A stretch of 64,000 bases of DNA from Escherichia coli (GCF_003334385.1 NZ_QOWN01000009.1); one strand, 5' to 3'; positions 44,289 through 57,259 are shown, counted from the stretch's first letter. Numbers and translations: made by a program. The notes: a model not told the origin generated them from the sequence alone.

Positions 44289-44852
44289 ATGATCCTGCTT
44301 ATAGATAACTACGATTCTTTTACCTGGAACCTCTACCAGTACTTTTGTGAACTGGGGGCGGATGTGCTGGTTAAGCGCAACGATGCGTTGACGCTGGCGG
44401 ATATCGACGCCCTTAAACCACAAAAAATTGTCATCTCACCTGGCCCCTGTACGCCAGATGAAGCCGGGATCTCCCTTGACGTTATTCGCCACTATGCCGG
44501 GCGCTTGCCGATTCTTGGCGTCTGCCTCGGTCATCAGGCAATGGCGCAGGCATTTGGCGGTAAAGTTGTGCGCGCCGCAAAGGTCATGCACGGCAAAACC
44601 TCGCCGATTACACATAACGGTGAGGGCGTATTTCGGGGGCTGGCAAATCCACTTACCGTGACACGCTACCATTCGCTGGTGGTGGAACCTGACTCATTAC
44701 CAGCGTGCTTTGACGTGACGGCCTGGAGCGAAACCCGCGAGATTATGGGGATTCGCCATCGCCAGTGGGATCTGGAAGGTGTGCAGTTCCATCCAGAAAG
44801 TATTCTTAGCGAACAAGGACATCAACTGCTGGCTAATTTCCTGCATCGCTGA
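44289..44852 (+). CDS. pabA: aminodeoxychorismate synthase glutamine amidotransferase subunit
   Basis: 187-aa ORF, class I GATase (catalytic GVCLGHQ). Confidence 0.96.
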   Translation: MILLIDNYDSFTWNLYQYFCELGADVLVKRNDALTLADIDALKPQKIVISPGPCTPDEAGISLDVIRHYAGRLPILGVCLGHQAMAQAFGGKVVRAAKVMHGKTSPITHNGEGVFRGLANPLTVTRYHSLVVEPDSLPACFDVTAWSETREIMGIRHRQWDLEGVQFHPESILSEQGHQLLANFLHR

Positions 44853-44922
44853 TTTCTGATTGCCATTTAGTGATTTTTTATGCATATTTTGTGGTTATAA
44901 TTTCACATTTGTTTATGCGTAA

Positions 44923-46158
<1,236 letters not shown>

Positions 46159-46164
46159 ATACGA

Positions 46165-46215
46165 AGCATCAGGCAAAAGATGTCGGATGCGGCGTGAATG
46201 CCTTATCCGATGGTT
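46165..46215. repeat. REP-like element
   Basis: GTCGGATGCGGCGTGAATGCCTTATCCGATGG in argD-yhfK convergent spacer. Confidence 0.7.
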
Positions 46216-46224
46216 TAGCCTGCA

Positions 46225-48327
46225 TTACGCCTTCGAATCCCGCAACTTGCGACTCAGCCAAATCCCGTGATGCGGTCGCTGACGCCATGCCATCGACGAA
46301 ATGGTGTGCATGGTGTTCAGATGACCAATAACCCGCTGTAAATGCTGCTCCAGCGTACCTGCCGCGCCTTCGTGCGGCTGCATCTCCGGCGCATCCATGA
46401 TATTGGCATCGCCAGAACTACCCGGTTCGTCATACTCCAGTCGCTGCTGACAACGCTGAATGGCGATTTCACAAGACTGTAAATACTCTTGTGCCAGTTC
46501 AGGTGGCAATGCCCGGTGTTCCCGCGCCAGCGTGGTCATGGCATTAATATGCTCAACAATAAACTGGCTGTGCGTTACCCACAGTTTCATATCTGCCAGA
46601 TAATGGCTGTTAAACGCCGGTTCCTGCATCGCCTGATTCAATGAGTTATACAGAGTGTTATGTGCCTGATTTACCCGCATTCGCTGCCAGGCCAGTGGCG
46701 TAGGTTGCGGATCCTCGCTAAGAATCAAGCGAATCGCTTCCTGATAGGCTTCTAAAGCATCATGGGCGTTTTTACGCAATAACCCGCTCTGCCACTGCGG
46801 CCACAGCCAGACAGTACCGCCGAAAGCAATTAAACAACCAATAATGGTATCGATAAGACGCGGAAGGATGTATTGCTCGCCGTTCAACCACAATAGTTGC
46901 AGGGTATACACTGCGGTAATAGTAAAACCGACCGTCGCCCAGCCGTAGTTTTTGCGCAATATCAGGTAGCTGGCGAGGGTGGTAATCAGCATCAACGTCA
47001 GGGTGTAACCTTCGGGAATTTTAAAGTGCAGCGCCACGCCCGCAATGATTAACCCGACCACGGTTCCCACGGAGCGATTCACAATCCTCAGACGGGTTGC
47101 GCCATAGCCATTTTGTGTCACCAGCAATACCGTCATCAGGATCCAGTACGACTTCGGCAGATGCAGCGCGGTGCCCATCAGGCTGGCAACGCTTAACATC
47201 ACACTGAGTCGTCCGGCATTGCGTAGCGCCGGAGACTTTAGTGACAGATAACTTTTCAGCGCCGGAAGTAATGGCATTCGCCGCTGTTTATCGGCCAGTA
47301 AGTCACGGGCATAGAGCGGTTTTTGGGTGCGCAGCACGCGGGCGATGCGGCTGAAATGCCAGTAGCAGAATTGCCCAACCGGATTATCCGGATGCTGGCG
47401 GGCGATTTTTTCCAGTGCGCCAATTTGCTTTTCCATCGTAAAACGCGTTGGCAGGCGATGGTAAAGAATGTCATCAGCCAGCACGCGCAGGCGAGCGGCG
47501 ACGGTTTGCGCATTCCAGCGGATAACTTCTTCCGCATGGCTACGCTCGACCAGCTTTTGCACCTCTTCCGGCTGATGCAAACTGACCGAAATATGTTCCT
47601 GTAAATCCAGCGCCTCCTGGAAAATACGCAGCATCCGCTTGTAGTCAGTATTATTTTGCGCGGAAAGCATATGCATTTGCTGATAGCACTGGGTAATTAG
47701 ATCGACCGCTTTTTGCTGGCGCACCAGCAGCGGCGGCAGCGCTTTTTCAGGGTCGGTGTGCTGGGTAAGCAGGCTGTATTTGGCTTCACAATAATCTGCC
47801 AGTTCACGGTACAGCAGACTTAGTGACTCGCGCAGCGGTTGTTCGCGCCAGATCCAGAACCAAAACCAGTTAAACAATCCGTACCAGAGAGTGCCCAACG
47901 CATAGATGAGCAACGGTTCCCAGACCGGCATGTATCCCGCCAAACTGAGGGTAAAAATGGCGGCGAGCAGCGATGCAGGAAGCAATTTTGCGTGCAATGG
48001 CCCCAGCTCAGCAGTGACGCCAAGTACCAGCGTTAATCCTGTCAGCAAAAAGGGCAGGGGAACATCTTTTGCCAGTAGTAGCTGTGTCAGCAAGCTACAG
48101 GTGGCAAACAGCGACGCACCAATGATTAAGCGTTTGAAAAAACGTTTATGAGGCGTATCAAGGCCCGCAATATTGCAACAGGCAGGAACGAGGGAGAAGA
48201 GCAGACCGAATCGTAATTCGCCAAGCATTAACCCAACGGCCACGGGCAAACATAGCACCAGCGTTTGTCGAAGTGCATAGTTGATATCGGGGTGATAAAT
48301 CAGTCTGCGCCACATCGGGGGAAACAA
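46225..48327 (-). CDS. yhfK: putative inner-membrane protein YhfK
   Basis: 700-aa ORF with two hydrophobic multi-TM blocks separated by a soluble domain. Confidence 0.9.
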   Translation of the reverse strand: MFPPMWRRLIYHPDINYALRQTLVLCLPVAVGLMLGELRFGLLFSLVPACCNIAGLDTPHKRFFKRLIIGASLFATCSLLTQLLLAKDVPLPFLLTGLTLVLGVTAELGPLHAKLLPASLLAAIFTLSLAGYMPVWEPLLIYALGTLWYGLFNWFWFWIWREQPLRESLSLLYRELADYCEAKYSLLTQHTDPEKALPPLLVRQQKAVDLITQCYQQMHMLSAQNNTDYKRMLRIFQEALDLQEHISVSLHQPEEVQKLVERSHAEEVIRWNAQTVAARLRVLADDILYHRLPTRFTMEKQIGALEKIARQHPDNPVGQFCYWHFSRIARVLRTQKPLYARDLLADKQRRMPLLPALKSYLSLKSPALRNAGRLSVMLSVASLMGTALHLPKSYWILMTVLLVTQNGYGATRLRIVNRSVGTVVGLIIAGVALHFKIPEGYTLTLMLITTLASYLILRKNYGWATVGFTITAVYTLQLLWLNGEQYILPRLIDTIIGCLIAFGGTVWLWPQWQSGLLRKNAHDALEAYQEAIRLILSEDPQPTPLAWQRMRVNQAHNTLYNSLNQAMQEPAFNSHYLADMKLWVTHSQFIVEHINAMTTLAREHRALPPELAQEYLQSCEIAIQRCQQRLEYDEPGSSGDANIMDAPEMQPHEGAAGTLEQHLQRVIGHLNTMHTISSMAWRQRPHHGIWLSRKLRDSKA

Positions 48328-48358
48328 AATGGCGCGCTACCAGGTAACGCGCCACTCC
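48328..48358 (-). terminator. rho-independent terminator of crp
   Basis: On - strand GGCGCGTTACCTGGTAGCGCGCC hairpin followed by ATTTTGTTT. Confidence 0.7.
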
Positions 48359-48365
48359 GACGGGA

Positions 48366-48998
48366 TTAACGAGTGCCGTAAACGACGATGGTTTTACCGT
48401 GTGCGGAGATCAGGTTCTGATCTTCCAGCATCTTCAGAATGCGTCCCACGGTTTCACGAGAACAGCCGACAATCTGACCAATTTCCTGACGGGTAATTTT
48501 GATTTGCATACCGTCCGGGTGAGTCATAGCGTCTGGTTGTTTTGCCAGATTCAGCAGAGTCTGTGCAATGCGGCCCGTCACGTCGAGGAACGCCAGGTTG
48601 CCCACTTTCTCTGAAGTGACTTGCAGACGACGCGCCATCTGTGCAGACAAACGCATCAGAATGTCCGGGTTTACCTGAATCAATTGGCGAAATTTTTTGT
48701 ACGAAATTTCAGCCACTTCACAGGCGGTTTTCGCACGTACCCATGCGCTACGTTCCTGGCCCTCTTCAAACAGGCCCAGTTCGCCAATAAAATCACCCTG
48801 ATTCAGATAGGAGAGGATCATTTCTTTACCCTCTTCGTCTTTGATCAGCACTGCCACAGAGCCTTTAACGATGTAGTACAGCGTTTCCGCTTTTTCACCC
48901 TGGTGAATAAGCGTGCTCTTGGATGGGTACTTATGAATGTGGCAATGAGACAAGAACCATTCGAGAGTCGGGTCTGTTTGCGGTTTGCCAAGCACCAT
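48366..48998 (-). CDS. crp: cAMP receptor protein
   Basis: 210-aa ORF with cNMP-binding domain and C-terminal [20 protein letters not shown]. Confidence 0.98.
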
Positions 48999-49115
48999 GC
49001 GCGGTTATCCTCTGTTATAAGCTTTCTCCAGAGCCAGATAACGCCGCTGTCTCTGGATTGCCGAAATATGCTTCCCGCTACCTGGGAAGGGGCTATCAAC
49101 TGTACTGCACGGTAA

Positions 49116-49131
49116 TGTGACGTCCTTTGCA
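49116..49131. promoter_or_regulatory. candidate CRP site in crp leader (autoregulation)
   Basis: TGTGA-cgtcct-TTGCA, CRP-like half-sites in crp/yhfA divergent region. Confidence 0.45.
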
Positions 49132-49299
49132 TACATGCAGTACATCAATGTATTACTGTAGCATCCTGACTGTTTTAGCATAGCTTTCGCTTTGTGTCTC
49201 CTGGTGTCTCGCTTCAGCATGACCCAGGTCGCCTTCCGTTGCGCGATTTGGTTAGTACGCGTACTCTGTCAGGAAAATTGACGCAGTGGAGTAGCAAAA

Positions 49300-49704
49300 A
49301 TGCAAGCGCGAGTGAAGTGGGTCGAAGGGTTAACTTTTCTGGGCGAATCCGCCTCTGGTCATCAGATTTTAATGGACGGCAAATCAGGCGATAAAGCACC
49401 AAGTCCGATGGAAATGGTGTTGATGGCGGCGGGTGGTTGCAGTGCCATCGATGTGGTTTCGATCCTGCAAAAAGGGCGTCAGGATGTGGTCGATTGTGAA
49501 GTAAAATTGACCTCTGAACGCCGCGAAGAGGCACCACGCCTGTTTACGCACATTAATCTGCATTTTATCGTCACCGGTCGCGACCTGAAAGACGCAGCGG
49601 TTGCGCGTGCGGTTGATCTCTCTGCCGAGAAATATTGTTCAGTGGCGTTGATGCTGGAAAAAGCGGTGAATATTACTCACTCGTATGAAGTGGTTGCCGC
49701 GTGA
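49300..49704 (+). CDS. yhfA: OsmC-family protein YhfA
   Basis: 134-aa ORF. Confidence 0.9.
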   Translation: MQARVKWVEGLTFLGESASGHQILMDGKSGDKAPSPMEMVLMAAGGCSAIDVVSILQKGRQDVVDCEVKLTSERREEAPRLFTHINLHFIVTGRDLKDAAVARAVDLSAEKYCSVALMLEKAVNITHSYEVVAA

Positions 49705-49724
49705 CTTAACTATCCCGTTGTGAA

Positions 49725-49746
49725 GCCGGATAGTATTTTATCCGGC
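49725..49746. terminator. palindromic hairpin between convergent yhfA and prkB
   Basis: GCCGGATA-gtattt-TATCCGGC perfect 8-bp stem. Confidence 0.55.
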
Positions 49747-49758
49747 GTAATAGCAGAG

Positions 49759-50628
49759 TTACTCGATTTTCTTTCCTTCCATCAATCGTTGCACCAGCGG
49801 CAGCATAATTAATTCCATTGCCAGACCCATTTTGCCGCCCGGTACCACTAACGTATTGATGTGGGAAATGAATGAGCCTTGCAACATCGCCAGCAGCCAG
49901 GGGAAATCGATCCCTTCCAGATTACGAAAATGGATCACCACAAAGCTTTCATCGAGCGACGGGATACCTTTTGCCGCGAACGGGTTTGAAGTGTCGACGG
50001 TGGGAACGCGCTGGAAGTTAAGATGGGTGCGGGAAAACTGCGGTGTGATGTAGTTGATATAGTCTTCCATTGAACGCACTACTGAGTCCATCACTGCTTC
50101 TCGTGAGTGCCCGCGCTCGCTGGTGTCGCGGATCAGTTTTTGAATCCACTCAAGGTTAACGATAGGCACCACGCCGACCAGTAAGTCCACATGCTGCGCA
50201 ACGTTATGCTGTGGCGTGACTACGCCGCCGTGTAAACCTTCATAAAACAGTACATCAGTGGGTTCCGGTAAAGGTTGCCAGGGGGTGAATGTCCCCGGTA
50301 CCTGATTCCACGGTACGGCTTCGTCGTAGGTATGCAGATATTTGCGAGATTTCCCTTTGCCGCTCTGACCGTATTCAATGAAGGTTTGTTCCAGCAGGCC
50401 GAAGTCGTTAGCCTCGGGGCCGAAGTAGCTGATATGCCGCCCGGCGTCGCGCGCTTTGCGGATCGCCATGTCCATTTCCGGGCGGGTGTAACGGTGAAAA
50501 CTGTCGCCTTCCACCTCAGCTGCATGCAGATTTAACTGCGCGAATATTTTACGAAACGCGAGGCTGGTGGTGGTGGTCCCCGCGCCGCTGGATCCTGTTA
50601 CCGCAATGACCGGATGTTTGGCAGACAT
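49759..50628 (-). CDS. prkB: phosphoribulokinase homologue
   Basis: 289-aa ORF, P-loop GSSGAGTTT. Confidence 0.93.
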   Translation of the reverse strand: MSAKHPVIAVTGSSGAGTTTTSLAFRKIFAQLNLHAAEVEGDSFHRYTRPEMDMAIRKARDAGRHISYFGPEANDFGLLEQTFIEYGQSGKGKSRKYLHTYDEAVPWNQVPGTFTPWQPLPEPTDVLFYEGLHGGVVTPQHNVAQHVDLLVGVVPIVNLEWIQKLIRDTSERGHSREAVMDSVVRSMEDYINYITPQFSRTHLNFQRVPTVDTSNPFAAKGIPSLDESFVVIHFRNLEGIDFPWLLAMLQGSFISHINTLVVPGGKMGLAMELIMLPLVQRLMEGKKIE

Positions 50629-50681
50629 AGTAACTCCATGACTTAGCTATCATTATTATCTCGTCCGCCGACGGTTGCAGG

Positions 50682-50900
50682 TTATTCGCGAAACTGACTG
50701 CGCGGCATAATATTGACCGTTTCGTGCAGCTCCGACCATACCAGCACCGCTTCTCCGCACTGTAGCTGGCGTTTGACGTCGGCGACTTTCTGTTCAAGTG
50801 TACGCTCATGTTCACCATAATCGGTGCCTTCACGTAACACAAAGCTTTCAATTAAATTTTCCAGCGTTTCGGGGGAGAGGTCTTGCCACGGAATCAACAT
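50682..50900 (-). CDS. yheU: UPF0270 protein YheU
   Basis: 72-aa ORF overlapping yheT stop by 7 nt. Confidence 0.88.
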
Positions 50901-51916
50901 GATTTCGCCTCCAGATACGTTGTTAACCAGTCAGGAATGCGTGACTCCAGCCACATTTGCGGATGAAGTAATGTACCGCCAATAAAGCCAACATGACCGC
51001 CATGTTCAGTCAGTTGATACTCCACCTGCGGGGGGAGACTTTCCGGTTTCGGGATCACCTGATGATCCATAAACGGATCGTCTTTGGCGTGAATAATCAG
51101 CGTCGGTTTGGCGATCCGGTTCAGCATCGGCATGGCGCTACACTGACGATAATAGTCGATAGCGTCGGCGTAGCCGTGAATTCTGGCGGTGATGAGATCG
51201 TCAAATTCACGGATGCGACGTACCGATTTTAACTGCGCGAGATTAATCGGCAGCGTTCCGGGGTAGGCTGCCAGCTTGCGCGCGGCATTGGCTTTTAACA
51301 GGTTCAGCAAGTAACGCTGATAAACGCGGGAAAAGCCCTTTTCCATATGATAGCTACAGGCTTCCAGCATAAACGGCGCAGAGACAATCACCGCCGCATC
51401 AACCGGGAGATCATTGCCTTCCTTTGCCAGCAAACAGGCCAGCATATTACCGCCGAGCGAATAGCCGACGGCAGCCGTTGGCGCATGACCAAATTCGCGT
51501 TGCAGCCAGCGTAAAAACCAACTGGCGTCTTCGGTTTCGCCCGAATGGTAAATGCGGTGCATACGGTTTGGTTCACCGCTGCATCCGCGAAAATGCATCA
51601 CCACGCCCAGCCAGCCGCGCTTTTGCGCCGCCTCAACCAGACCGTGGGCGTAAGGGCTGTTGAGACTGCCTTCCAGCCCGTGAAACACCACCAGACGAGG
51701 TTTATGTTGCGCCTGTGCAGGGTTTTCACTCCACGCAAGATCGACAAAATCGCCGTCGGGCAACTCCAGCCGCTGCCAGTACGGGGTGAATTTCACCTGA
51801 CGACGAAACAGACGCGGCAGCATGGTTTGCAGATGACAATTGCTAAAGCCGCGCATGGGGATGAATTCAGCACTGCTGCTGAATTCATTGGCATCGGTCG
51901 TCGTTATCTGCGCCAT
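50894..51916 (-). CDS. yheT: alpha/beta-hydrolase YheT
   Basis: 340-aa ORF with GYSLGG nucleophile elbow. Confidence 0.92.
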
Positions 51917-53829
51917 CAGTTGCTTTGGCCTTCCAGCAGCATCTGCTCAAGCTGCTCCTGGGCTTCCAGCCATGCCATTTCGCACTCTTCCAGGCCGGAT
52001 TTGGCGCTGGCTTGCTGTTGCAGGCAGGCGGTCAACTCCGCTTTACGGCTCTGGTCATACAGTTCGCTGTCGCCGAGTTTCTCTTCCGCCTGCGCCAGTT
52101 GCGCGTTCAGCTTCTCCATCTCTTTTTCCAGACGGGCAATCTCTTTACGCAGTGGCTGGGTTTGCGCACGCAGCTCAGCTTCCCGACGCTTCTGATCTTT
52201 ACGTGCCTGGGCGCTGTTCGCATTCTCTTTTGGCGCTTCGTCGGTCTGGTTTTCCTGCTTTTGTACGTCGCTCAACCACTGTTGATAATCTTCCAGATCG
52301 CCGTCGAACGGTTCGACTTTACGATCGTGAACCAGGTAGAGATCGTCAGTGGTGGAACGCAGCAAATGACGGTCGTGCGAAACGACAACCAGCGCGCCTT
52401 CAAACTCGATTAATGCTTCGGTGAGTGCCTGACGCATGTCGAGGTCAAGGTGGTTAGTCGGTTCGTCGAGCAGCAGCAGATTCGGCCGCTGCCAGACAAT
52501 TAATGCCAGCACCAGGCGGGCTTTTTCCCCACCGGAGAAGCGGCGCGTTTCTTCGGTTACTTTATCGCCCTGGAAACCAAAGCCGCCGAGGTAGTCACGC
52601 AGTTTTTGTTCCAGCTCCTGCGGCGCTAAACGTGCCAGATGTTGAATAGGTGATTCGTCGGCGCGCAGGTATTCAAGTTGATGCTGGGCGAAGTAGCCGA
52701 GTTTGATCCCTTTCGCCAGACCAATTTCACCGCTGACTGGCGCAAGTTCACCGGCTAACAGTTTGATTAATGTCGATTTACCCGCGCCATTGCGGCCTAA
52801 CAGACCAATACGCGAGCCGGGCACCAGGTTCAGTTTAATCGAGTCGAGAATAATGCGATCGCCATAGCCCGCGCTGACTTTTTCCATCTTCAGTAACGGA
52901 TTTGGCAGGCTTTCCGGCGCGCGGAAGCTAAAGCGGAACGGGTTGTCGACGTGCGCGGGGGCAATTAGCTCCATACGCTCGAGCATCTTAATGCGGCTCT
53001 GGGCCTGCTTCGCTTTGGTGGCTTTGGCACGGAAACGGTCGATATAACTTTGCAGATGCGCTACGCGTTCCTGCTGGCTTTCGTACATCGCTTGTTGCTG
53101 CGCCAGACGGGTGGCGCGCTGTACTTCAAACGAACTGTAGTTGCCGGTGTACTCGAACATGCTTTGTTGTTCGATATGAATAATTTTATCGACGATCGGA
53201 TCGAGGAAGTCGCGGTCGTGAGAGATCAGGATCAGCGTGCCCTGATAGCTCTTCAGCCATTTTTCCAGCCAGATAACGGCATCGAGATCGAGGTGGTTAG
53301 TCGGTTCGTCGAGCAGCAGCAAGTCTGAACGGCAAATCAGCGCCTGGGCAAGGTTAAGACGCATACGCCAGCCCCCGGAAAAATCACTTACCGGGCGCTC
53401 CAGTTGTTCATTGCTGAAACCGAGGCCGTGCAGCAGGCTGGCAGCACGGGAGCGAATACTCCATGCGTCAATAGCATCCAGCTTGCCATGAATGGTCGCA
53501 ATGGCGTGCCCGTCGTTACGTTCGTTGGCGTCGTGTAGCTGCGCTTCTAGTTGACGATATTCACGGTCGCCGTCAATGACATATTCCAGCGCCGCTTGCG
53601 GTAACGCCGGCGTTTCCTGATTCACCCACGCCAGTTGCCAGCTTCCCGGAAAGGTGTAGCTGCCGCCGTCGGCGCTGATTTCATTTTTCAGCAATGCCAG
53701 CAGGGTAGATTTACCACAGCCGTTTTTACCCACCAGGCCGACTTTCTGCCCAGGGTTGATGGTGGCGGTGGCATTATCCAGCAGGACGCGCACGCCGCGA
53801 CGAATTTGTAACGAGGAGAAAACAATCAT
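51916..53829 (-). CDS. yheS: ABC-F family ATPase YheS
   Basis: 637-aa ORF with two ABC cassettes (GKNGCGKST, GRNGAGKST), coiled-coil C-terminus. Confidence 0.95.
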   Translation of the reverse strand: MIVFSSLQIRRGVRVLLDNATATINPGQKVGLVGKNGCGKSTLLALLKNEISADGGSYTFPGSWQLAWVNQETPALPQAALEYVIDGDREYRQLEAQLHDANERNDGHAIATIHGKLDAIDAWSIRSRAASLLHGLGFSNEQLERPVSDFSGGWRMRLNLAQALICRSDLLLLDEPTNHLDLDAVIWLEKWLKSYQGTLILISHDRDFLDPIVDKIIHIEQQSMFEYTGNYSSFEVQRATRLAQQQAMYESQQERVAHLQSYIDRFRAKATKAKQAQSRIKMLERMELIAPAHVDNPFRFSFRAPESLPNPLLKMEKVSAGYGDRIILDSIKLNLVPGSRIGLLGRNGAGKSTLIKLLAGELAPVSGEIGLAKGIKLGYFAQHQLEYLRADESPIQHLARLAPQELEQKLRDYLGGFGFQGDKVTEETRRFSGGEKARLVLALIVWQRPNLLLLDEPTNHLDLDMRQALTEALIEFEGALVVVSHDRHLLRSTTDDLYLVHDRKVEPFDGDLEDYQQWLSDVQKQENQTDEAPKENANSAQARKDQKRREAELRAQTQPLRKEIARLEKEMEKLNAQLAQAEEKLGDSELYDQSRKAELTACLQQQASAKSGLEECEMAWLEAQEQLEQMLLEGQSN

Positions 53830-53956
53830 AAGGTGCCGTATGTTCAGACTATGTTAACTTATCATTATGATAATGTAATGTATGGGCGAGCTGCCGCACC
53901 GGGCGCAATGGTAGCCCAAAACAGCGACTATACACAAAAACCATACCGGGAGGGGG

Positions 53957-54511
53957 ATGATGTCTCAGCCAGCGAAAGTTTTGCTGCTGTATGCCCATCC
54001 GGAATCTCAGGACTCGGTGGCAAACCGGGTACTGCTTAAACCGGCCACGCAGCTCAGCAATGTTACCGTGCACGACCTTTACGCGCACTATCCCGATTTT
54101 TTTATTGATATCCCCCGTGAGCAGGCATTACTGCGCGAGCACGAGGTGATTGTCTTTCAGCATCCTCTTTATACCTATAGCTGCCCGGCGCTACTGAAAG
54201 AGTGGCTGGACCGGGTATTAAGTCGTGGTTTTGCCAGCGGGCCGGGAGGAAACCAACTGGCGGGAAAGTACTGGCGTAGCGTGATTACCACCGGCGAGCC
54301 GGAAAGTGCTTACCGTTATGACGCGCTGAATCGCTACCCGATGAGCGATGTGCTGCGCCCCTTTGAACTGGCGGCGGGCATGTGCCGGATGCATTGGTTA
54401 AGTCCCATCATTATTTACTGGGCGAGACGGCAAAGCGCACAGGAGCTGGCGAGCCACGCCAGAGCCTACGGTGACTGGCTGGCAAATCCGCTGTCTCCAG
54501 GAGGCCGCTGA
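53957..54511 (+). CDS. kefG: KefB ancillary protein (flavodoxin-like)
   Basis: 184-aa ORF; TGATG overlap with kefB. Confidence 0.94.
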
Positions 54512-56316
54512 TGGAAGGTTCCGATTTTTTACTCGCAGGAGTGCTGTTTCTCTTCGCGGCGGTGGCTGCGGTGCCGCTGGCATCGCGGCTGGGTATTGGC
54601 GCTGTGTTGGGATATTTGCTGGCAGGGATTGCAATTGGCCCGTGGGGGCTGGGGTTTATTAGCGACGTCGATGAGATCCTCCACTTTTCGGAACTCGGCG
54701 TGGTATTCCTGATGTTTATCATCGGCCTTGAGTTGAATCCCTCCAAACTTTGGCAACTGCGGCGTTCGATTTTTGGCGTAGGCGCGGCACAGGTGCTGTT
54801 AAGCGCGGCGTTGCTGGCGGGATTATTGATGCTGACGGATTTCGCCTGGCAGGCGGCGGTGGTCGGTGGCATTGGCCTTGCGATGTCTTCAACTGCAATG
54901 GCGTTGCAATTGATGCGTGAGAAAGGGATGAATCGCAGCGAATCCGGCCAGCTCGGGTTTTCGGTTCTGCTGTTTCAGGATCTGGCAGTAATCCCAGCAC
55001 TGGCGTTAGTGCCGTTGTTGGCGGGGTCGGCAGACGAACATTTCGACTGGATGAAGGTCGGCATGAAGGTGCTGGCGTTTGTCGGCATGCTGATTGGTGG
55101 GCGCTATTTACTGCGTCCGGTATTCCGCTTTATTGCAGCTTCTGGCGTGCGGGAAGTGTTCACCGCCGCGACGCTGCTGCTGGTGTTGGGTTCCGCATTG
55201 TTTATGGATGCGCTGGGGCTGTCGATGGCGCTCGGTACATTTATTGCGGGCGTGCTGCTGGCGGAAAGTGAATATCGCCATGAACTGGAAACGGCTATCG
55301 ATCCCTTCAAAGGCTTGCTGCTCGGTTTGTTCTTTATCTCTGTCGGCATGTCACTCAACCTCGGGGTGCTTTATACCCATCTGTTGTGGGTAGTGATAAG
55401 CGTGGTTGTGCTGGTGGCGGTGAAAATTCTCGTGCTGTATCTGCTGGCGCGATTGTATGGCGTGCGTAGCTCAGAGCGGATGCAGTTTGCTGGCGTGTTG
55501 AGTCAGGGTGGTGAGTTTGCCTTTGTCCTCTTTTCTACCGCTTCTTCACAACGCTTATTCCAGGGCGACCAGATGGCGTTGTTGCTGGTGACGGTGACGC
55601 TTTCCATGATGACCACGCCGTTGCTGATGAAGCTGGTGGATAAATGGCTATCCCGCCAGTTTAACGGACCGGAAGAAGAAGACGAAAAACCGTGGGTCAA
55701 CGATGATAAACCCCAGGTCATTGTCGTGGGCTTCGGGCGTTTTGGTCAGGTGATTGGTCGTTTGCTGATGGCAAATAAAATGCGCATTACCGTGCTGGAG
55801 CGGGATATCAGCGCCGTTAACCTGATGCGTAAATACGGCTACAAAGTTTATTACGGCGACGCCACGCAGGTCGATCTTTTACGTTCTGCGGGTGCAGAGG
55901 CCGCTGAGTCTATCGTCATTACCTGTAACGAGCCGGAAGACACCATGAAGCTGGTGGAAATATGCCAACAGCACTTTCCGCATTTGCATATTCTTGCGCG
56001 AGCGCGCGGACGTGTGGAAGCGCATGAGTTATTACAGGCAGGGGTGACGCAGTTTTCCCGTGAAACATTCTCCAGTGCGTTAGAGCTGGGGCGCAAGACG
56101 CTGGTCACGCTTGGCATGCATCCGCATCAGGCACAGCGAGCGCAACTGCATTTTCGCCGCCTGGATATGCGGATGCTGCGAGAGCTCATCCCAATGCATG
56201 CCGATACCGTACAAATTTCTCGCGCCAGGGAAGCCCGACGCGAACTGGAAGAGATTTTCCAGCGTGAAATGCAACAAGAACGACGCCAGCTGGACGGCTG
56301 GGATGAATTTGAGTAG
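54511..56316 (+). CDS. kefB: glutathione-regulated K+ efflux antiporter
   Basis: 601-aa ORF, CPA2 membrane domain plus C-terminal KTN/RCK domain. Confidence 0.96.
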   Translation: MEGSDFLLAGVLFLFAAVAAVPLASRLGIGAVLGYLLAGIAIGPWGLGFISDVDEILHFSELGVVFLMFIIGLELNPSKLWQLRRSIFGVGAAQVLLSAALLAGLLMLTDFAWQAAVVGGIGLAMSSTAMALQLMREKGMNRSESGQLGFSVLLFQDLAVIPALALVPLLAGSADEHFDWMKVGMKVLAFVGMLIGGRYLLRPVFRFIAASGVREVFTAATLLLVLGSALFMDALGLSMALGTFIAGVLLAESEYRHELETAIDPFKGLLLGLFFISVGMSLNLGVLYTHLLWVVISVVVLVAVKILVLYLLARLYGVRSSERMQFAGVLSQGGEFAFVLFSTASSQRLFQGDQMALLLVTVTLSMMTTPLLMKLVDKWLSRQFNGPEEEDEKPWVNDDKPQVIVVGFGRFGQVIGRLLMANKMRITVLERDISAVNLMRKYGYKVYYGDATQVDLLRSAGAEAAESIVITCNEPEDTMKLVEICQQHFPHLHILARARGRVEAHELLQAGVTQFSRETFSSALELGRKTLVTLGMHPHQAQRAQLHFRRLDMRMLRELIPMHADTVQISRAREARRELEEIFQREMQQERRQLDGWDEFE

Positions 56317-56325
56317 AGGGTAAAG

Positions 56326-56526
56326 ATGGCAATCCGAAAACGTTTTATTGCGGGCGCAAAATGCCCGGCCTGTCAGGCGCAGGATTCAATGGCGATGTGG
56401 CGCGAAAATAATATTGATATTGTTGAATGTGTTAAGTGCGGACATCAGATGCGAGAAGCAGACAAAGAAGCCCGCGATCACGTTCGCAAAGATGAGCAAG
56501 TGATCGGGATTTTTCATCCGGACTAG
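56326..56526 (+). CDS. yheV: small zinc-ribbon-type protein YheV
   Basis: 66-aa ORF with CPAC...CVKCGH. Confidence 0.88.
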   Translation: MAIRKRFIAGAKCPACQAQDSMAMWRENNIDIVECVKCGHQMREADKEARDHVRKDEQVIGIFHPD

Positions 56527-56620
56527 CGATATGCGCCGAGTTTTTTTAAGCTAGTGAGTACACGGCTGCAGAATTCCGCTACAATCTGCGCCACTATTCT
56601 TCCCATGCTCAGGAGATATC

Positions 56621-57211
56621 ATGAAAGTAGCAAAAGACCTGGTGGTCAGCCTGGCCTATCAGGTACGTACAGAAGACGGTGTGTTGGTTGATGAGTCTCC
56701 GGTGAGTGCGCCGCTGGACTACCTGCATGGTCACGGTTCCCTGATCTCTGGCCTGGAAACGGCGCTGGAAGGTCATGAAGTTGGCGACAAATTTGATGTC
56801 GCTGTTGGCGCGAACGACGCTTACGGTCAGTACGACGAAAACCTGGTGCAACGTGTTCCTAAAGACGTATTTATGGGCGTTGATGAACTGCAGGTAGGTA
56901 TGCGTTTCCTGGCTGAAACCGACCAGGGTCCGGTACCGGTTGAAATCACTGCGGTTGAAGACGATCACGTCGTGGTTGATGGTAACCACATGCTGGCCGG
57001 TCAGAACCTGAAATTCAACGTTGAAGTTGTGGCGATTCGCGAAGCGACTGAAGAAGAACTGGCTCATGGTCACGTTCACGGCGCGCACGATCACCACCAC
57101 GATCACGACCACGACGGTTGCTGCGGCGGTCATGGCCACGATCACGGTCATGAACACGGTGGCGAAGGCTGCTGTGGCGGTAAAGGCAACGGCGGTTGCG
57201 GTTGCCACTAA
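56621..57211 (+). CDS. slyD: FKBP-type peptidyl-prolyl isomerase / metallochaperone SlyD
   Basis: 196-aa ORF with His/Cys-rich C-terminal tail. Confidence 0.97.
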   Translation: MKVAKDLVVSLAYQVRTEDGVLVDESPVSAPLDYLHGHGSLISGLETALEGHEVGDKFDVAVGANDAYGQYDENLVQRVPKDVFMGVDELQVGMRFLAETDQGPVPVEITAVEDDHVVVDGNHMLAGQNLKFNVEVVAIREATEEELAHGHVHGAHDHHHDHDHDGCCGGHGHDHGHEHGGEGCCGGKGNGGCGCH

Positions 57212-57225
57212 TACCGAAAAAGTGA

Positions 57226-57254
57226 CAAAAAAGCGGGGAATCCCCGCTTTTTTT
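57226..57254. terminator. bidirectional rho-independent terminator (slyD / slyX)
   Basis: AAAAAA-GCGGGG-aat-CCCCGC-TTTTTTT. Confidence 0.85.
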
Positions 57255-57259
57255 ACGCC

